From the IMG/VR virus record IMGVR_UViG_3300042309_000278, positions 1-54,064 of that record: DNA of 54,064 bases, one strand, 5' to 3'. How positions within the stretch are numbered: the first letter of the stretch is position 1; each line of letters starts with the position of its first letter. Positions 9,876 to 20,265 of this stretch are shown here, one piece after another. This DNA comes from a virus (lineage: Duplodnaviria; Caudoviricetes). Under the pieces are notes generated by a model. That model was not told where the DNA came from and searched no databases. It worked only from the letters and a program-made list of their open reading frames with translations. Both the position numbers and the translations under genes were made by a program.

Positions 9876-10347
9876 TTTCTATGATTTTCTTTGAAGAATC
9901 CAATATCGAATCTGTATCTTTGATAGCCTTTGCGAAACTTCTTTTCGGATTTATAAGTTCTTGTAGTTCTTTCGTAGAACCTAAGAATATGGCATTTGTG
10001 GTGTTGTTCACCGTCTTTTGCTCATACTTGTCTTCCTTGATGGTCTTCATTCTCTGGTGGAGTTCCACAAGATCCTTATTCGTATCAGCAACAGCCTTGA
10101 TCATTTGTGCAACCACTTCATAGGCTCGCGGGGAATCACCCTCACTTGCTACCTTTAACACACCATCGATAGCCTGAAAGCCAAGATTGACAAGTTCCTT
10201 GAGGTTTTCTCTTGCTCGCTGAAAGTCCTTATCAGCATCATCCATTGCAACTGTAACTTCCTTTGGCTCAGTTGACCTTGTTACAATGGGCTTTGGTTCA
10301 GGATCCATGTTTAGGATCTCCGATAGGTTCTCATCCATTTTACTCAT
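9868..10347 (-). CDS. gp16: Terminase small subunit
   Basis: DFQRARENL, SPRAYEV and NAIFLGSTKELQ motifs; overlaps the gp17 start. Confidence 0.92.
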   Translation of the reverse strand: MSKMDENLSEILNMDPEPKPIVTRSTEPKEVTVAMDDADKDFQRARENLKELVNLGFQAIDGVLKVASEGDSPRAYEVVAQMIKAVADTNKDLVELHQRMKTIKEDKYEQKTVNNTTNAIFLGSTKELQELINPKRSFAKAIKDTDSILDSSKKIIENG

Positions 10348-10353
10348 GATATA

Positions 10354-12819
10354 TCACCTTCCTACGAACTGATCAGTCGATCTATACTCCACAAGAGTAG
10401 TTATATTATTATCCTCAAAGTATTCGGTTGCAGCAGCGAGTTGTTCTTTTGATAGTTCGAAGTAGGCATCTCGCAGGATTCTATATGCAGAACCAATGCT
10501 AATATTACTTGGATCAGCCCATTTATCTCGCAACGATGTGTTTTTATACATTATAGATTCTTGATTTAATGGAACTAGGTACCATCTAAATGTCCCATTA
10601 AATCCATATGGTATCTTGGTGTTGCCGCCAGATAGTCCAGTGTTTGATTCATAAACTCTGTAATCGCTAAATCGACCAGATCTAAACGTATTAAAATAGT
10701 TAGAGTGATCTGTTTCTGCGGCGGTAAGACCAAGATCTTCAGATAGAGTTTCTGAAAATGTTAACATTGATTGTAACTGTTGTAAATCAAAGAAATATGT
10801 TTCAAGACCTCGGATGAATGCTGTAGTTGAATCTGAACCAGATATACCACCATTTGTAACAACTTTTGTATATTCACCAGAACCCCTTGCGATGTTTCCA
10901 AGATAGAAACCATTCAACAGGAGTTGATCAATATCATTTTTAAGAACGAAGCCATTCGCTGGAACAGTTCCATTGAACATTGGTTTGATAAGGTATTCAA
11001 CAAAATCTTCTGGCTTATAGGGAACTGAACCGCCCCTTGTCAAATCATAATCTTCATTTCTACCAGAAACTAATGGGACTATCCTATAGTTGAACTTACC
11101 TCGTCCATCAAGCAACAACTTCCACATTTTGAGTGATGTGTGAATAGTATCTTTCATCGATTCTTTGAGATTGAATAGTCTTTCAGCCGTGTTTCCGCCC
11201 ATGTCTTGGTGAATCGTGCAATCTCTTCGGGATGTGTGGTTGCGTGTGCTAGTTCCTTGATAAGAACCCTTTATCTGCATGGGTATAAATGGGTTGAATT
11301 TCGGAACAAACTCCATTACAAAGAAGTTCATATCTTTGTATCCACCATATTCCAACTGCTCTTGATAGATGTCATAGTAATATGAATCAAGGAAGTTCAT
11401 GGTGATTCCAAGTGGACCTAAAGGTCCAGCATTGTCAACAAACAACTTGAGGACATTTGCGGGAAGTAACCTTGAAGCCTGATATGTGTTAGATGCCGCT
11501 GTTGTAGCACCGCCGAGCATGAAATATTCATTGTAGAATGAAGAATCAGCAGCCACTGATTTGTGGTAACTGTTCCATCCAGATGATCCACCCGAACCAC
11601 CAAATGCAGTTGCGCCCGTCGATCCAAGATAGTTGTAAGTACTTGGTGGTGGATAGAATGTAATACCCGCTATTCTGTTTAAGAAATAGGATGCTCCTGA
11701 ACTTCCGAATGGACCTGTACCATCTCTTGCTATGCCTGGTGTTGGTATTGACGAATTCCAGCCAAACACAGACGTTGTATATGGATAAGAATATTGTCCT
11801 AGATTCGCCCCAACAGATGGTATTGATTTGTATCTTCTTGGATACGTCTTAAACTCTGTAAAGAATCTTTCGTTGAAACTCTTACTAAGATTAAATCCGT
11901 CGAGGTTAATATAGTTTCCTGTCTTACCAGAACTACGAATCAATTCCGCAGTCCATGCTGGATTTGCTGAGTTTCCAACATATTGGGAGATCATTGCTGT
12001 TTGACCATCCATGAAGTCGTTGTCTGAATACTTTATGAATGAGTAGTATGGTTCAAACGAAGTCACAAGACCAGAGAATGTCATTCCTCTATCTGACAGA
12101 ATCGCAAAATTTCTTCTTGTTGAAAAATGAATATCTGGTGTGAAGTATATTGATCTTACTGATGCACTCAAACCAGTATTTGCAGATAGCCCGAAATACA
12201 ACGGCGAGTCCGCTGTTGCAGTTGGAAGACCGTTACTGTGAGTAAGACCAAGAACAGATGGATGTTCAAGCAATTGAAATGGAGCAAGAACTCCACCAAA
12301 GTTTACTATTGTATAAGTTCCAGCAGATGAACCCTTGAGGGTAACACCAGTGAATGCAGTTATTCCTATAGGTTGATTTGAACCTGTGATACTGTAGAAC
12401 TGTGGATATTGAAGAAGAATATTCGTATTGTCATAAAGAGATTTGAAAGCCCCGTATGATGTTGAATATCCTATGGAACAAAATTCGGCTTCTCTTAATT
12501 GATCCGCATCATAAAGAACTTCATGTCCTAAACTTTGAAGGTGTGTAAGACCAGCAAAGAATCTACTGTGTTCATATGTTAATCCATCTGCCACACCAGT
12601 AAGAGAATTGGTGAATGAGTTACGATTTTCTGTTGGGGCGAAATATGGAATAATGCTTCTACTGAAAAAAATCTCGGGTGTGATTTCTTTCTGTTCAACT
12701 GTAATTCGTATCTTCTTTATAGTATTTGCGGTGGTCAAATCAGCAGATTCAGTAGCAATCGTGATGATACGATACTGATTTAAGAATCCATCTAGATTTC
12801 TTTCTGCTGTTGATGACAT
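10354..12819 (-). CDS. Hypothetical 821-aa protein, probably a virion component
   Basis: Long ORF in the late operon between gp15 and gp16; rich in G-x-T/S motifs; no family recognised. Confidence 0.8.
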   Translation of the reverse strand: MSSTAERNLDGFLNQYRIITIATESADLTTANTIKKIRITVEQKEITPEIFFSRSIIPYFAPTENRNSFTNSLTGVADGLTYEHSRFFAGLTHLQSLGHEVLYDADQLREAEFCSIGYSTSYGAFKSLYDNTNILLQYPQFYSITGSNQPIGITAFTGVTLKGSSAGTYTIVNFGGVLAPFQLLEHPSVLGLTHSNGLPTATADSPLYFGLSANTGLSASVRSIYFTPDIHFSTRRNFAILSDRGMTFSGLVTSFEPYYSFIKYSDNDFMDGQTAMISQYVGNSANPAWTAELIRSSGKTGNYINLDGFNLSKSFNERFFTEFKTYPRRYKSIPSVGANLGQYSYPYTTSVFGWNSSIPTPGIARDGTGPFGSSGASYFLNRIAGITFYPPPSTYNYLGSTGATAFGGSGGSSGWNSYHKSVAADSSFYNEYFMLGGATTAASNTYQASRLLPANVLKLFVDNAGPLGPLGITMNFLDSYYYDIYQEQLEYGGYKDMNFFVMEFVPKFNPFIPMQIKGSYQGTSTRNHTSRRDCTIHQDMGGNTAERLFNLKESMKDTIHTSLKMWKLLLDGRGKFNYRIVPLVSGRNEDYDLTRGGSVPYKPEDFVEYLIKPMFNGTVPANGFVLKNDIDQLLLNGFYLGNIARGSGEYTKVVTNGGISGSDSTTAFIRGLETYFFDLQQLQSMLTFSETLSEDLGLTAAETDHSNYFNTFRSGRFSDYRVYESNTGLSGGNTKIPYGFNGTFRWYLVPLNQESIMYKNTSLRDKWADPSNISIGSAYRILRDAYFELSKEQLAAATEYFEDNNITTLVEYRSTDQFVGR

Positions 12820-13482
12820 TTACTCGTCCGTTAGTTCTCTAAAGGTTAGATCAATTTCGCGAATAAGACCAGAGGTTCGCACTGGTCCAAAAATATAAGA
12901 CTTCGTCTGAAAGATTAGTGAGTGTGTAATCAATCTTCGTTCGTTCAAATCGCCTTCGTAATCCTCAACGCTATTAATCGAAGAAAGGATAATTGGCACA
13001 TCCACTTTTCTATCTAGTTCTGTAAAGTTCATACTTATAGTGAAGTCGGGGGTGAAATAGGGCAATATCTGCTCTATGATTTGATATCCATCATCAATGT
13101 TTCTATTCATGATATTCAGAGTAAACTCTATGTTGTATGGTACTTCACTGTAAGCATATGATATTGTGCTGTCATTTTCATCCCGAACAGAATATACCTT
13201 GTTCAGGCTATTGAGTTTTCTGTTGTTGTCATAGACCATAGAAGAAATTTCAAACGACATTCTCGGAAGAATGTTTTCAAAACTTTTTCTAGCAGGATCT
13301 GCTTCGTCGAGTTCTCTGATCTTCCGCACAAACTTTTCTTTTGGACCATAGGAGATAGGAACCTTTATCTTCTTTTGTTCTGTGCCATCAGCCTCTTTGC
13401 GCGAGATGTATATCTCATTGAACAACGAACCGAATGCAACTACTAACTTCCGAATGCTTCCGTGGTAGAAATAGCGAAACAT
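12820..13482 (-). CDS. gp15: Tail sheath stabiliser/terminator
   Basis: YFYHGSIRKLVVAFGSLFN, LPRMSFE and QIIEQILPYFTP. Confidence 0.95.
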   Translation of the reverse strand: MFRYFYHGSIRKLVVAFGSLFNEIYISRKEADGTEQKKIKVPISYGPKEKFVRKIRELDEADPARKSFENILPRMSFEISSMVYDNNRKLNSLNKVYSVRDENDSTISYAYSEVPYNIEFTLNIMNRNIDDGYQIIEQILPYFTPDFTISMNFTELDRKVDVPIILSSINSVEDYEGDLNERRLITHSLIFQTKSYIFGPVRTSGLIREIDLTFRELTDE

Positions 13483-14336
13483 CAGTAATTGCCCTCACTG
13501 AAAGGATCTTTATCGGTGAAGTCAATTATGTTCAACTTGGCACGTTCCTTTTCTATATCACCACCATCATCAAGGTTAGCATCGATATACTTCTTCTCAG
13601 TTGTAGTGGCGGTATCGTAATCAGCGGAAGCATTAGATTGCTCTCCCTTGATCCTCACCAACGATGATGGTGTGCCAGTCTCCGTGTGAACTTGGATCTT
13701 ATTGACGAGTGAGTCAAAGTTGAGGATAGTGGCAGACCAAGATGCAGAACCAAAACAAGAACCTTGATAGACTTTTTCTCCTTCATAGAAGGAACCACAT
13801 ACCCCACTAATAGTAAATTCTCTGACATCAGTAACCAATTCAGTTTCAATATCATCAACTTCTTTAATTTCTGTGTTGATTTGTTCGCCAGAGTATCTGA
13901 AGAGTTCGCATGAGAGTTCATATGCAAAGAATGAATTTCTACTTCCAACGTACTTTATTTCATACAGTCCGCCATACTCTGGAAAGTAAATGAGGTCGCC
14001 TTCCTGCGGAGCGGTGTCTGTTCCATATCTTGCAGCCTCTTCGGAGAATCTCTTCTTGGAAACCATAAGCGTGACAGAATCCTGAAGATTAATTCCAAAC
14101 TTGTCCATTATTTTGTTCTGTGATTCAAAGAACTCGTAGTTAGAGACAAACATTTCTATCTGAAAACTCTTTTCGAATTTTGATATAGTATCTTCTCCAA
14201 AGAGGTTGTCTAGATTCTGAAATTTACGGAAGATGTAATGGACATCAAAGCCATAGATCTTGATCTGCTCGACAACAAGTTGCTCAAACAGATCAGATTC
14301 GCGAGAGGAGACTTTGAAGTAGTTGTTCCGTGCCAT
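13482..14336 (-). CDS. gp14: Neck protein
   Basis: EQIKIYGFDVHYI, PQEGDLIYFP and IIDFTDKDPF. Confidence 0.93.
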   Translation of the reverse strand: MARNNYFKVSSRESDLFEQLVVEQIKIYGFDVHYIFRKFQNLDNLFGEDTISKFEKSFQIEMFVSNYEFFESQNKIMDKFGINLQDSVTLMVSKKRFSEEAARYGTDTAPQEGDLIYFPEYGGLYEIKYVGSRNSFFAYELSCELFRYSGEQINTEIKEVDDIETELVTDVREFTISGVCGSFYEGEKVYQGSCFGSASWSATILNFDSLVNKIQVHTETGTPSSLVRIKGEQSNASADYDTATTTEKKYIDANLDDGGDIEKERAKLNIIDFTDKDPFSEGNY

Positions 14337-15106
14337 TAGCCCACCATGAAATCTGTTGGTAGTTCATACTTACTCTGTACAGTATCCTCAATCTTTGTGA
14401 GTTCTGTCATCGCATCGTTGTACATATCGCGAGCATCGAATTGCATTCCTCCAGGCAATGCAATATTTGAGAACTTACTTAGATTGGCTGCCCACTGTCT
14501 TTTGATGAGTGCTGTGACGTATTGTTTCAAGAGAATATCGTTGTATATCTCAGGATAAGTTTCTGGATTCAATGCAACATAGGCTTGAACTAGTATCTTG
14601 TCGCCAACCTCAAAAGATTCAGACCAATCCGTGTTTATCTTGAGTTTGTTGGTGACTCTGCTGAAACTAATGCTTTTTTCAGGACTCAAGAATTGTTGTA
14701 ACAACGAGAGATACTGCTTTGTCGTGTCGTAGTATGATAGATTCGATGTACCTGTGAGGAATCCGTTAAAGTAATCGTTAAGCATCAACTGATACTGAAC
14801 ACTGAACATTCCGCTCTGAACAGACTGATCGACAATGAATATCTTGGTCACGCTTATAATATTGCCACCACTAGATCCAGTAGAAATACTGTTGGTGTCA
14901 ATATATTTGTTGTTTACATCTGTTTGTGTGATAATGTATGGAACATAGACTTCTTCGACTCCGTCAAAGTGATATTCGGAGAAGAATTGAATAGCATCAT
15001 CAATGCGATCCTCGACTTGAGCATCATCAACATTTATTTCAATGACAGGAAAGCCAAGCCGACGAAGGGCATAGTCTTTGAGATCTTCGCGTGATGTTAT
15101 TGCCAT
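14336..15106 (-). CDS. gp13: Neck protein
   Basis: LRRLGFPVIEINVDDAQ, YHFDG and LKQYVTALIKRQW...LPGG. Confidence 0.95.
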   Translation of the reverse strand: MAITSREDLKDYALRRLGFPVIEINVDDAQVEDRIDDAIQFFSEYHFDGVEEVYVPYIITQTDVNNKYIDTNSISTGSSGGNIISVTKIFIVDQSVQSGMFSVQYQLMLNDYFNGFLTGTSNLSYYDTTKQYLSLLQQFLSPEKSISFSRVTNKLKINTDWSESFEVGDKILVQAYVALNPETYPEIYNDILLKQYVTALIKRQWAANLSKFSNIALPGGMQFDARDMYNDAMTELTKIEDTVQSKYELPTDFMVG

Positions 15107-15108
15107 TT

Positions 15109-15396
15109 CTACCTCCTAGCATTTCGAAGATGTTCAATATGCTTTTCGTCCATCTCTCTCTGTTGTTTACAGAGTTTTATCTGTGCTTTGTTCTTTAAGA
15201 TATTCTCACCAAGATCATATGGAATACTCAAGCCAACTTGAGTCAAACCATCAGATTTATAATGTTTCTTGCCGTCGTAATAATGAATAGTATCTTCTAC
15301 AACGTATTCCGAAAATACTGCCTGAACATCTTTAACGGAGAAAATTTCTCCATCAATAATAAAGATATCACCAATACGCTTAAATCCAGTTATCAT
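15109..15396 (-). CDS. Hypothetical protein
   Basis: Co-oriented ORF coupled to the upstream gene by an ATGA overlap. Confidence 0.65.
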   Translation of the reverse strand: MITGFKRIGDIFIIDGEIFSVKDVQAVFSEYVVEDTIHYYDGKKHYKSDGLTQVGLSIPYDLGENILKNKAQIKLCKQQREMDEKHIEHLRNARR

Positions 15397-17354
15397 GGTG
15401 TAAATATATCGGGTTCTTCTGATACAAATAGCACTTGCTTTGTACCACCACTCGTCTTTCCGTTTTTAACCCCGCTCTTTGTTGTTGCTGCCACCATTTC
15501 TCTTTTGACTGATCTATATTTTTCATCAAGTCGAGCATAGTAATCAAGCAAATCAAGACGAAGATTACTTATCTGTTGTGCAGTCAGCATTCGATCAAAA
15601 TTCAATCCATCGGTAAATCTATAACTAGATAAGCATATTCCTTGGGTGGCAAGCAATCCACTAGTCAAAATATAATTTAATGTGTTGTTATCAAATGGAT
15701 TTATAAACAACGAATTATACGAGCCTGATGTGTAACCGTATGAATCGCCTTGTGAGAATAATCTACCAAATGGATTTCGTCCCAATAGAGTATCAAAAGC
15801 ATTACCAGATGAGCCTCTATCTCCATAAGCACCCTGAATTAGTTCAGATCGCTCAAGCATGTTTTCGAATTTGACGTTAGTGTTATAGTGATTAATGAAA
15901 TCTTGAAGAGTTAAAGCACTATCCGTAATCGACGTTAGATTGAACGAATAGTCGTAATCAACAACATTTCCTAGCGTTGTTCCGAGTGGGAATGGATTAA
16001 AGTATCTTCTTGAGATGGGACCATATGCAAGAGAAAATCCTGTAGCATCAGCATATGCAGTGACGCCAGTCAACCCTCTTTGATGCCGATATACATCACG
16101 AACGCCAACACTTGCCGTCGTTGCAAGACCAACATTTCCGGATGGTAAGAAAGTGAGATCAGTTAGTCTAGAAACGATACCCACCAAGTAATCTGTGCTT
16201 TCTGCAAAGAAAGCATCATACCCATCAAGGTTATTGAAGTTCATTACAAAGCAAATATCTTGTGAAGTGTGACTGAATCCCGCAAGAGTTGGGACTCCTG
16301 TAAGTGTATTACCACCATATGGGTAGAAGCCATACGCTGAAACAAAACCACCTGTGCTTTCCGCATCAAATACTCTTAGTGAGTCAATATAGCCATTGAA
16401 TGATTCGCTGCCTAAATGATTGTTGCCAACATAGATACCATTAGTATCATTATTTTCTGGTATAGTTGATGTAGTTACACCAAGTGTAAATCGCCTTGTG
16501 GTATTGAAATATCCACTGATATCAGCATTAGCGGATGCACCACCAACTCCTGTTTTAATAATAGAAACAGCAACATGATTCCAAGTATTCAAACTTATAC
16601 CAGCGGCATTTACTATATTTTGAGATTGATTATATCCTGATGTAGTCCCATCAGTCTGCCATGCAAATTGTAGGAATCCAGCAGCACTATCAAAACTAAG
16701 TTTCCAATTTGCTGATGCTCCAGTTGGACCTTTTTGCAACAATGTAAAATTGTTTGATAGAGATGTTGGGTAAAAGAACATCTCAAACCCATAACTGGAA
16801 CGAATCGTTGGTGATGTTGATCCAACACCAAGTCTATTATGTGGTGCCGCGCCACCAAGAGTGCTGCTTCGTTTTACAATATTTGTTACATAAACAAATC
16901 CACCCGTAGCACCACCAGCATCGCGCGTAAATTTACCAGAAGATGTTCCGAATTTCTTGACTGTTGTTGAATGTGTTGGCTTTGTAGCAGAACTGTTGGT
17001 GTTATAAACAACAGTTGTTTTTGTTATGTCTTGGACAATTGGCGAGTTGAATGACAAGTATGGATATGGATTCTGCATTCCAAGAATGACTTCGACTCTT
17101 GGATCATAAAACGTATTGCGCTCTATGTTTTGAATTATCCTTGATCCATCAATATTAAAGTCTTCGTTTGGAGATATGGCATTTTCTAAAGCCAATAGTT
17201 CAGCACCAGTTGGCAAATATGCTTCATCGATATAAGCATACAACCTTCTATTGAGAATATCACCAAACTCAGGAATATCAAAATCTGTATATGCCTTTGG
17301 ATATATTCTGGTGATCTTTCCGTATTGATTAAGTGTGACTAGTCTAAAAGCCAT
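15393..17354 (-). CDS. Virion structural protein with a LamG/concanavalin-A-like lectin domain
   Basis: KKFGTSS, FEMFFYP, LNTWNHVAV and FNGYIDSLRV are LamG-like signatures. Confidence 0.75.
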   Translation of the reverse strand: MAFRLVTLNQYGKITRIYPKAYTDFDIPEFGDILNRRLYAYIDEAYLPTGAELLALENAISPNEDFNIDGSRIIQNIERNTFYDPRVEVILGMQNPYPYLSFNSPIVQDITKTTVVYNTNSSATKPTHSTTVKKFGTSSGKFTRDAGGATGGFVYVTNIVKRSSTLGGAAPHNRLGVGSTSPTIRSSYGFEMFFYPTSLSNNFTLLQKGPTGASANWKLSFDSAAGFLQFAWQTDGTTSGYNQSQNIVNAAGISLNTWNHVAVSIIKTGVGGASANADISGYFNTTRRFTLGVTTSTIPENNDTNGIYVGNNHLGSESFNGYIDSLRVFDAESTGGFVSAYGFYPYGGNTLTGVPTLAGFSHTSQDICFVMNFNNLDGYDAFFAESTDYLVGIVSRLTDLTFLPSGNVGLATTASVGVRDVYRHQRGLTGVTAYADATGFSLAYGPISRRYFNPFPLGTTLGNVVDYDYSFNLTSITDSALTLQDFINHYNTNVKFENMLERSELIQGAYGDRGSSGNAFDTLLGRNPFGRLFSQGDSYGYTSGSYNSLFINPFDNNTLNYILTSGLLATQGICLSSYRFTDGLNFDRMLTAQQISNLRLDLLDYYARLDEKYRSVKREMVAATTKSGVKNGKTSGGTKQVLFVSEEPDIFTP

Positions 17355-17361
17355 GATTTCC

Positions 17362-18369
17362 TCAAATGCTGAATCCGTTGCTTACCAATGTTGCCAAACT
17401 ATAAGAGTTTGTGTATGGAGATACTAATCCTTGATTACCCGATCCGTCTTCTGGTTGTTTCATATATGCTGGTGGTTTTACAGACTGATAGTTATTTCTA
17501 TATGCGATAATTCCAAATAATGATGGTAGTAAATTTTCCACAGTTGGTGTCTGTCCAAATCCACTTCCGACTATATTAGAATAATCTGCTGAATGGGCAA
17601 ATGGGACATAGTTGTAACTTGCGTAACCACCTGTACCAAGACTAGTAGATGATGCTGCACCACCTGGAGTATAGACTTCAGACCATATGAATCTAAGTGG
17701 TTGTGTCCCAACAATTCCACCAGAAAATCCAGTTGGTAGAACAAATGTTGAGAGTTGTGTTGATGAATTTTGAACATATGAACTAGCAACACTACCAAAG
17801 TGAGTTGCATTAGCACCAGCATCACTATCCCACCAACGAGTCATAGTTTCAAATTCAATATTTGTGATTGATCCATTGAAAGCAGCATATTGGCTGAAAT
17901 CTAATGGGAACACAGATTGGCTATATTTTGTGGAGATTGACGATCCTGATCCAGCATAATAGTTGAACTTGTGAATAGAAGATATTGATGAAACCACATC
18001 TATACTTGAAGTTTTAGATGCTGAGTATCCAAAGTTACCAACATAGGCTGCACAAGCATTCAAATTTGCACTTGAGGTATTTGCAACAAGATAAGAACAC
18101 AATCTAGAAAATACTGCAACCGACCCCTTTGCAGTTAAATTGCTATTCTGTACGGCAACATAAGAACCACCTATTGCAGCATTTTGACCGACTATTTGAT
18201 AATCATATGAAGTGGGAGCAGTTCCTTGTGAAACAGACTCTCCGCCGGGATTAAGTGGTGGGTTGGTCCCATCTTCCGATGTGGTAGAACCATTTCCCTG
18301 CGTAAGAATCTCACCTTCTTCTCCGCTAGAACTTCCACCTTCATAGATTAGTGGTCCATTAATTCCCAT
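17362..18369 (-). CDS. Ser/Gly-rich putative beta-helix tail or fibre-associated protein
   Basis: Repetitive small-residue beta pattern; TAATG-coupled to the upstream gene. Confidence 0.55.
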   Translation of the reverse strand: MGINGPLIYEGGSSSGEEGEILTQGNGSTTSEDGTNPPLNPGGESVSQGTAPTSYDYQIVGQNAAIGGSYVAVQNSNLTAKGSVAVFSRLCSYLVANTSSANLNACAAYVGNFGYSASKTSSIDVVSSISSIHKFNYYAGSGSSISTKYSQSVFPLDFSQYAAFNGSITNIEFETMTRWWDSDAGANATHFGSVASSYVQNSSTQLSTFVLPTGFSGGIVGTQPLRFIWSEVYTPGGAASSTSLGTGGYASYNYVPFAHSADYSNIVGSGFGQTPTVENLLPSLFGIIAYRNNYQSVKPPAYMKQPEDGSGNQGLVSPYTNSYSLATLVSNGFSI

Positions 18370-20255
18370 TAGAATGCCCCCGTCCAGTTTGTTCCTGGTC
18401 TACCTTCCAAAGCACCAGTTCTAATTGCTATGGATAAAGTTTTTTCTGTCACATCCCAATGATATACTGTTCCTCTTATCTTTCCATCCGGTGAAGAATA
18501 AGTCTGTCCTGGATTGAAAGATGTTTCGGTGAAATCTAAAGTAGATCCAGCCTTATCTTTCAATTTCAATTCTGTTATGGATTGACCACTAAATGCCGAG
18601 AAGCATCTGTCTGTTGTAATAGTAGATCCATTGAATGCACAGAATCCATGAACTGATCCTGTACAAATACTACCAAACAACTTGACATATGATGCATTGT
18701 TGGATATCACTCCATATGAACAGTTGCTTACGACAACGCGATTTAGATTGGCATTCGTACTCCGATCACAATAAACCCCAACATGAAAATCTTTGAATCC
18801 AACATTTCGGAATAATCCACTGCCAAGATTTGCTGGTTCATTTTCAACTTGTTCACCTAATTTTGATCCAGTTGCATACAATCCCGCTTTGTTACTGTAA
18901 CCCGAAGTGTTGTATTGTCCAGTACCAATTAAGTTGTAATGGAAGCCTTGCGATTCACCATCAAAAAAGATGTTTTGAATCTTTCTCAATCCACCTGATT
19001 TGATAGCAATTATTGTTCCATTTCTGCGGAATACAGTTGGAATAATCTTAACGGTCACTTCGTTTGAATTTACAGTTTTCCATCCCGCAGAGAAACCTTC
19101 ACCACTTGTTCCACTCACATTTACACTATAAACATGATGGTTTGGACCAAATCGAACTGCATCATTGAGAAGAGTTCCCGCTGGTCCTGTGGCAGTAAAT
19201 TGAACTGTGGTATTGTCACCACTGCCGTCTATCTTTTGTTTTGTATAACTTAGCGTTGAATTTGCAGTATTTCCTGTGGGGAATGTTATTCCTCGGAAGT
19301 TTGATGTTGCTCCGATTGGATTTCCGTTGGATGCGCTTGATCCATAGAAACCAACGGGAATGCTACTCATTGCAAATTCCCGCACCGATGTTTGAGCGGT
19401 GAGCCAAGAGTTAACACCATTGATGTTGTTATCCATAACCTGTGCATCTGTTAAAGATGCAGTATCGTACATGTTTCCACGATAGCCATTACCATAGAAT
19501 CGCGTCCACACAGCAGCAGTGTTTCCACCAGTGTTTGCTAGTGGCATAGGAACAGCAAACCAATTATCTCTAATTGAAGACTCAATAGCCAATTTTCCAA
19601 CAGGTGGCGAAGAACCATTTGTTGTACCAGCAGCGATTAATTTATGACAACCGAGTATTGATGCTTGTCGCGCAATATTATTTCTAAATTCATACGGATA
19701 TGCAGCATAATAGAATGCTGGATTGTAATCGCCATTAAAGGTTAACGTGTAGTCCTCGACAATTACTCCACAACCAGGAACTGTAAATTGTGATGCTAGA
19801 GGATTGGTTTCTGATATGGAAGTAAATCCAGATCCTGTGGTTGTTGCATAGCAGCAAGCCATGGTTATGCCGTGAAGAACGCCACTATAAAAGCCAGACA
19901 AACCAGCGGCTGTATAGCCACGGGTTTTATAGTAATCAACATATCTCAACTTCAAAAGTTGAGATGGACTACCAAGTAGAGCAATTCGTTCCCCTTGAGG
20001 GTGGTCAACTTGCAACACCTCATCAAGGTCATATATTCCAGCAGCAAAGTTAATACTTACAAATCCAGCCTCTGAAATAATCTTATCGGCTAAAAACTGA
20101 AAGGCTCTTTGTGGTGTTCTAAATGGAGAGTCTTGTTCGATACCACTGTTAAGCACATCATCACCTGTAGTAGAAACATACAGGTTTAAATTTGTTGCGA
20201 TGACTGGTTTTTCACCAGCCCCAATAGTTACTCTATGTGCCGAAAACTCGCCCAT
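18369..20255 (-). CDS. Putative tailspike with a pectin-lyase-like parallel beta-helix
   Basis: LYVSTTGDD...SPFRTPQRA...AAGIY N-terminal motif of beta-helix proteins; C-terminal repeats VGVY, CSYGV and VHGF. Confidence 0.65.
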   Translation of the reverse strand: MGEFSAHRVTIGAGEKPVIATNLNLYVSTTGDDVLNSGIEQDSPFRTPQRAFQFLADKIISEAGFVSINFAAGIYDLDEVLQVDHPQGERIALLGSPSQLLKLRYVDYYKTRGYTAAGLSGFYSGVLHGITMACCYATTTGSGFTSISETNPLASQFTVPGCGVIVEDYTLTFNGDYNPAFYYAAYPYEFRNNIARQASILGCHKLIAAGTTNGSSPPVGKLAIESSIRDNWFAVPMPLANTGGNTAAVWTRFYGNGYRGNMYDTASLTDAQVMDNNINGVNSWLTAQTSVREFAMSSIPVGFYGSSASNGNPIGATSNFRGITFPTGNTANSTLSYTKQKIDGSGDNTTVQFTATGPAGTLLNDAVRFGPNHHVYSVNVSGTSGEGFSAGWKTVNSNEVTVKIIPTVFRRNGTIIAIKSGGLRKIQNIFFDGESQGFHYNLIGTGQYNTSGYSNKAGLYATGSKLGEQVENEPANLGSGLFRNVGFKDFHVGVYCDRSTNANLNRVVVSNCSYGVISNNASYVKLFGSICTGSVHGFCAFNGSTITTDRCFSAFSGQSITELKLKDKAGSTLDFTETSFNPGQTYSSPDGKIRGTVYHWDVTEKTLSIAIRTGALEGRPGTNWTGAF

Positions 20256-20265
20256 TTATGAATCC

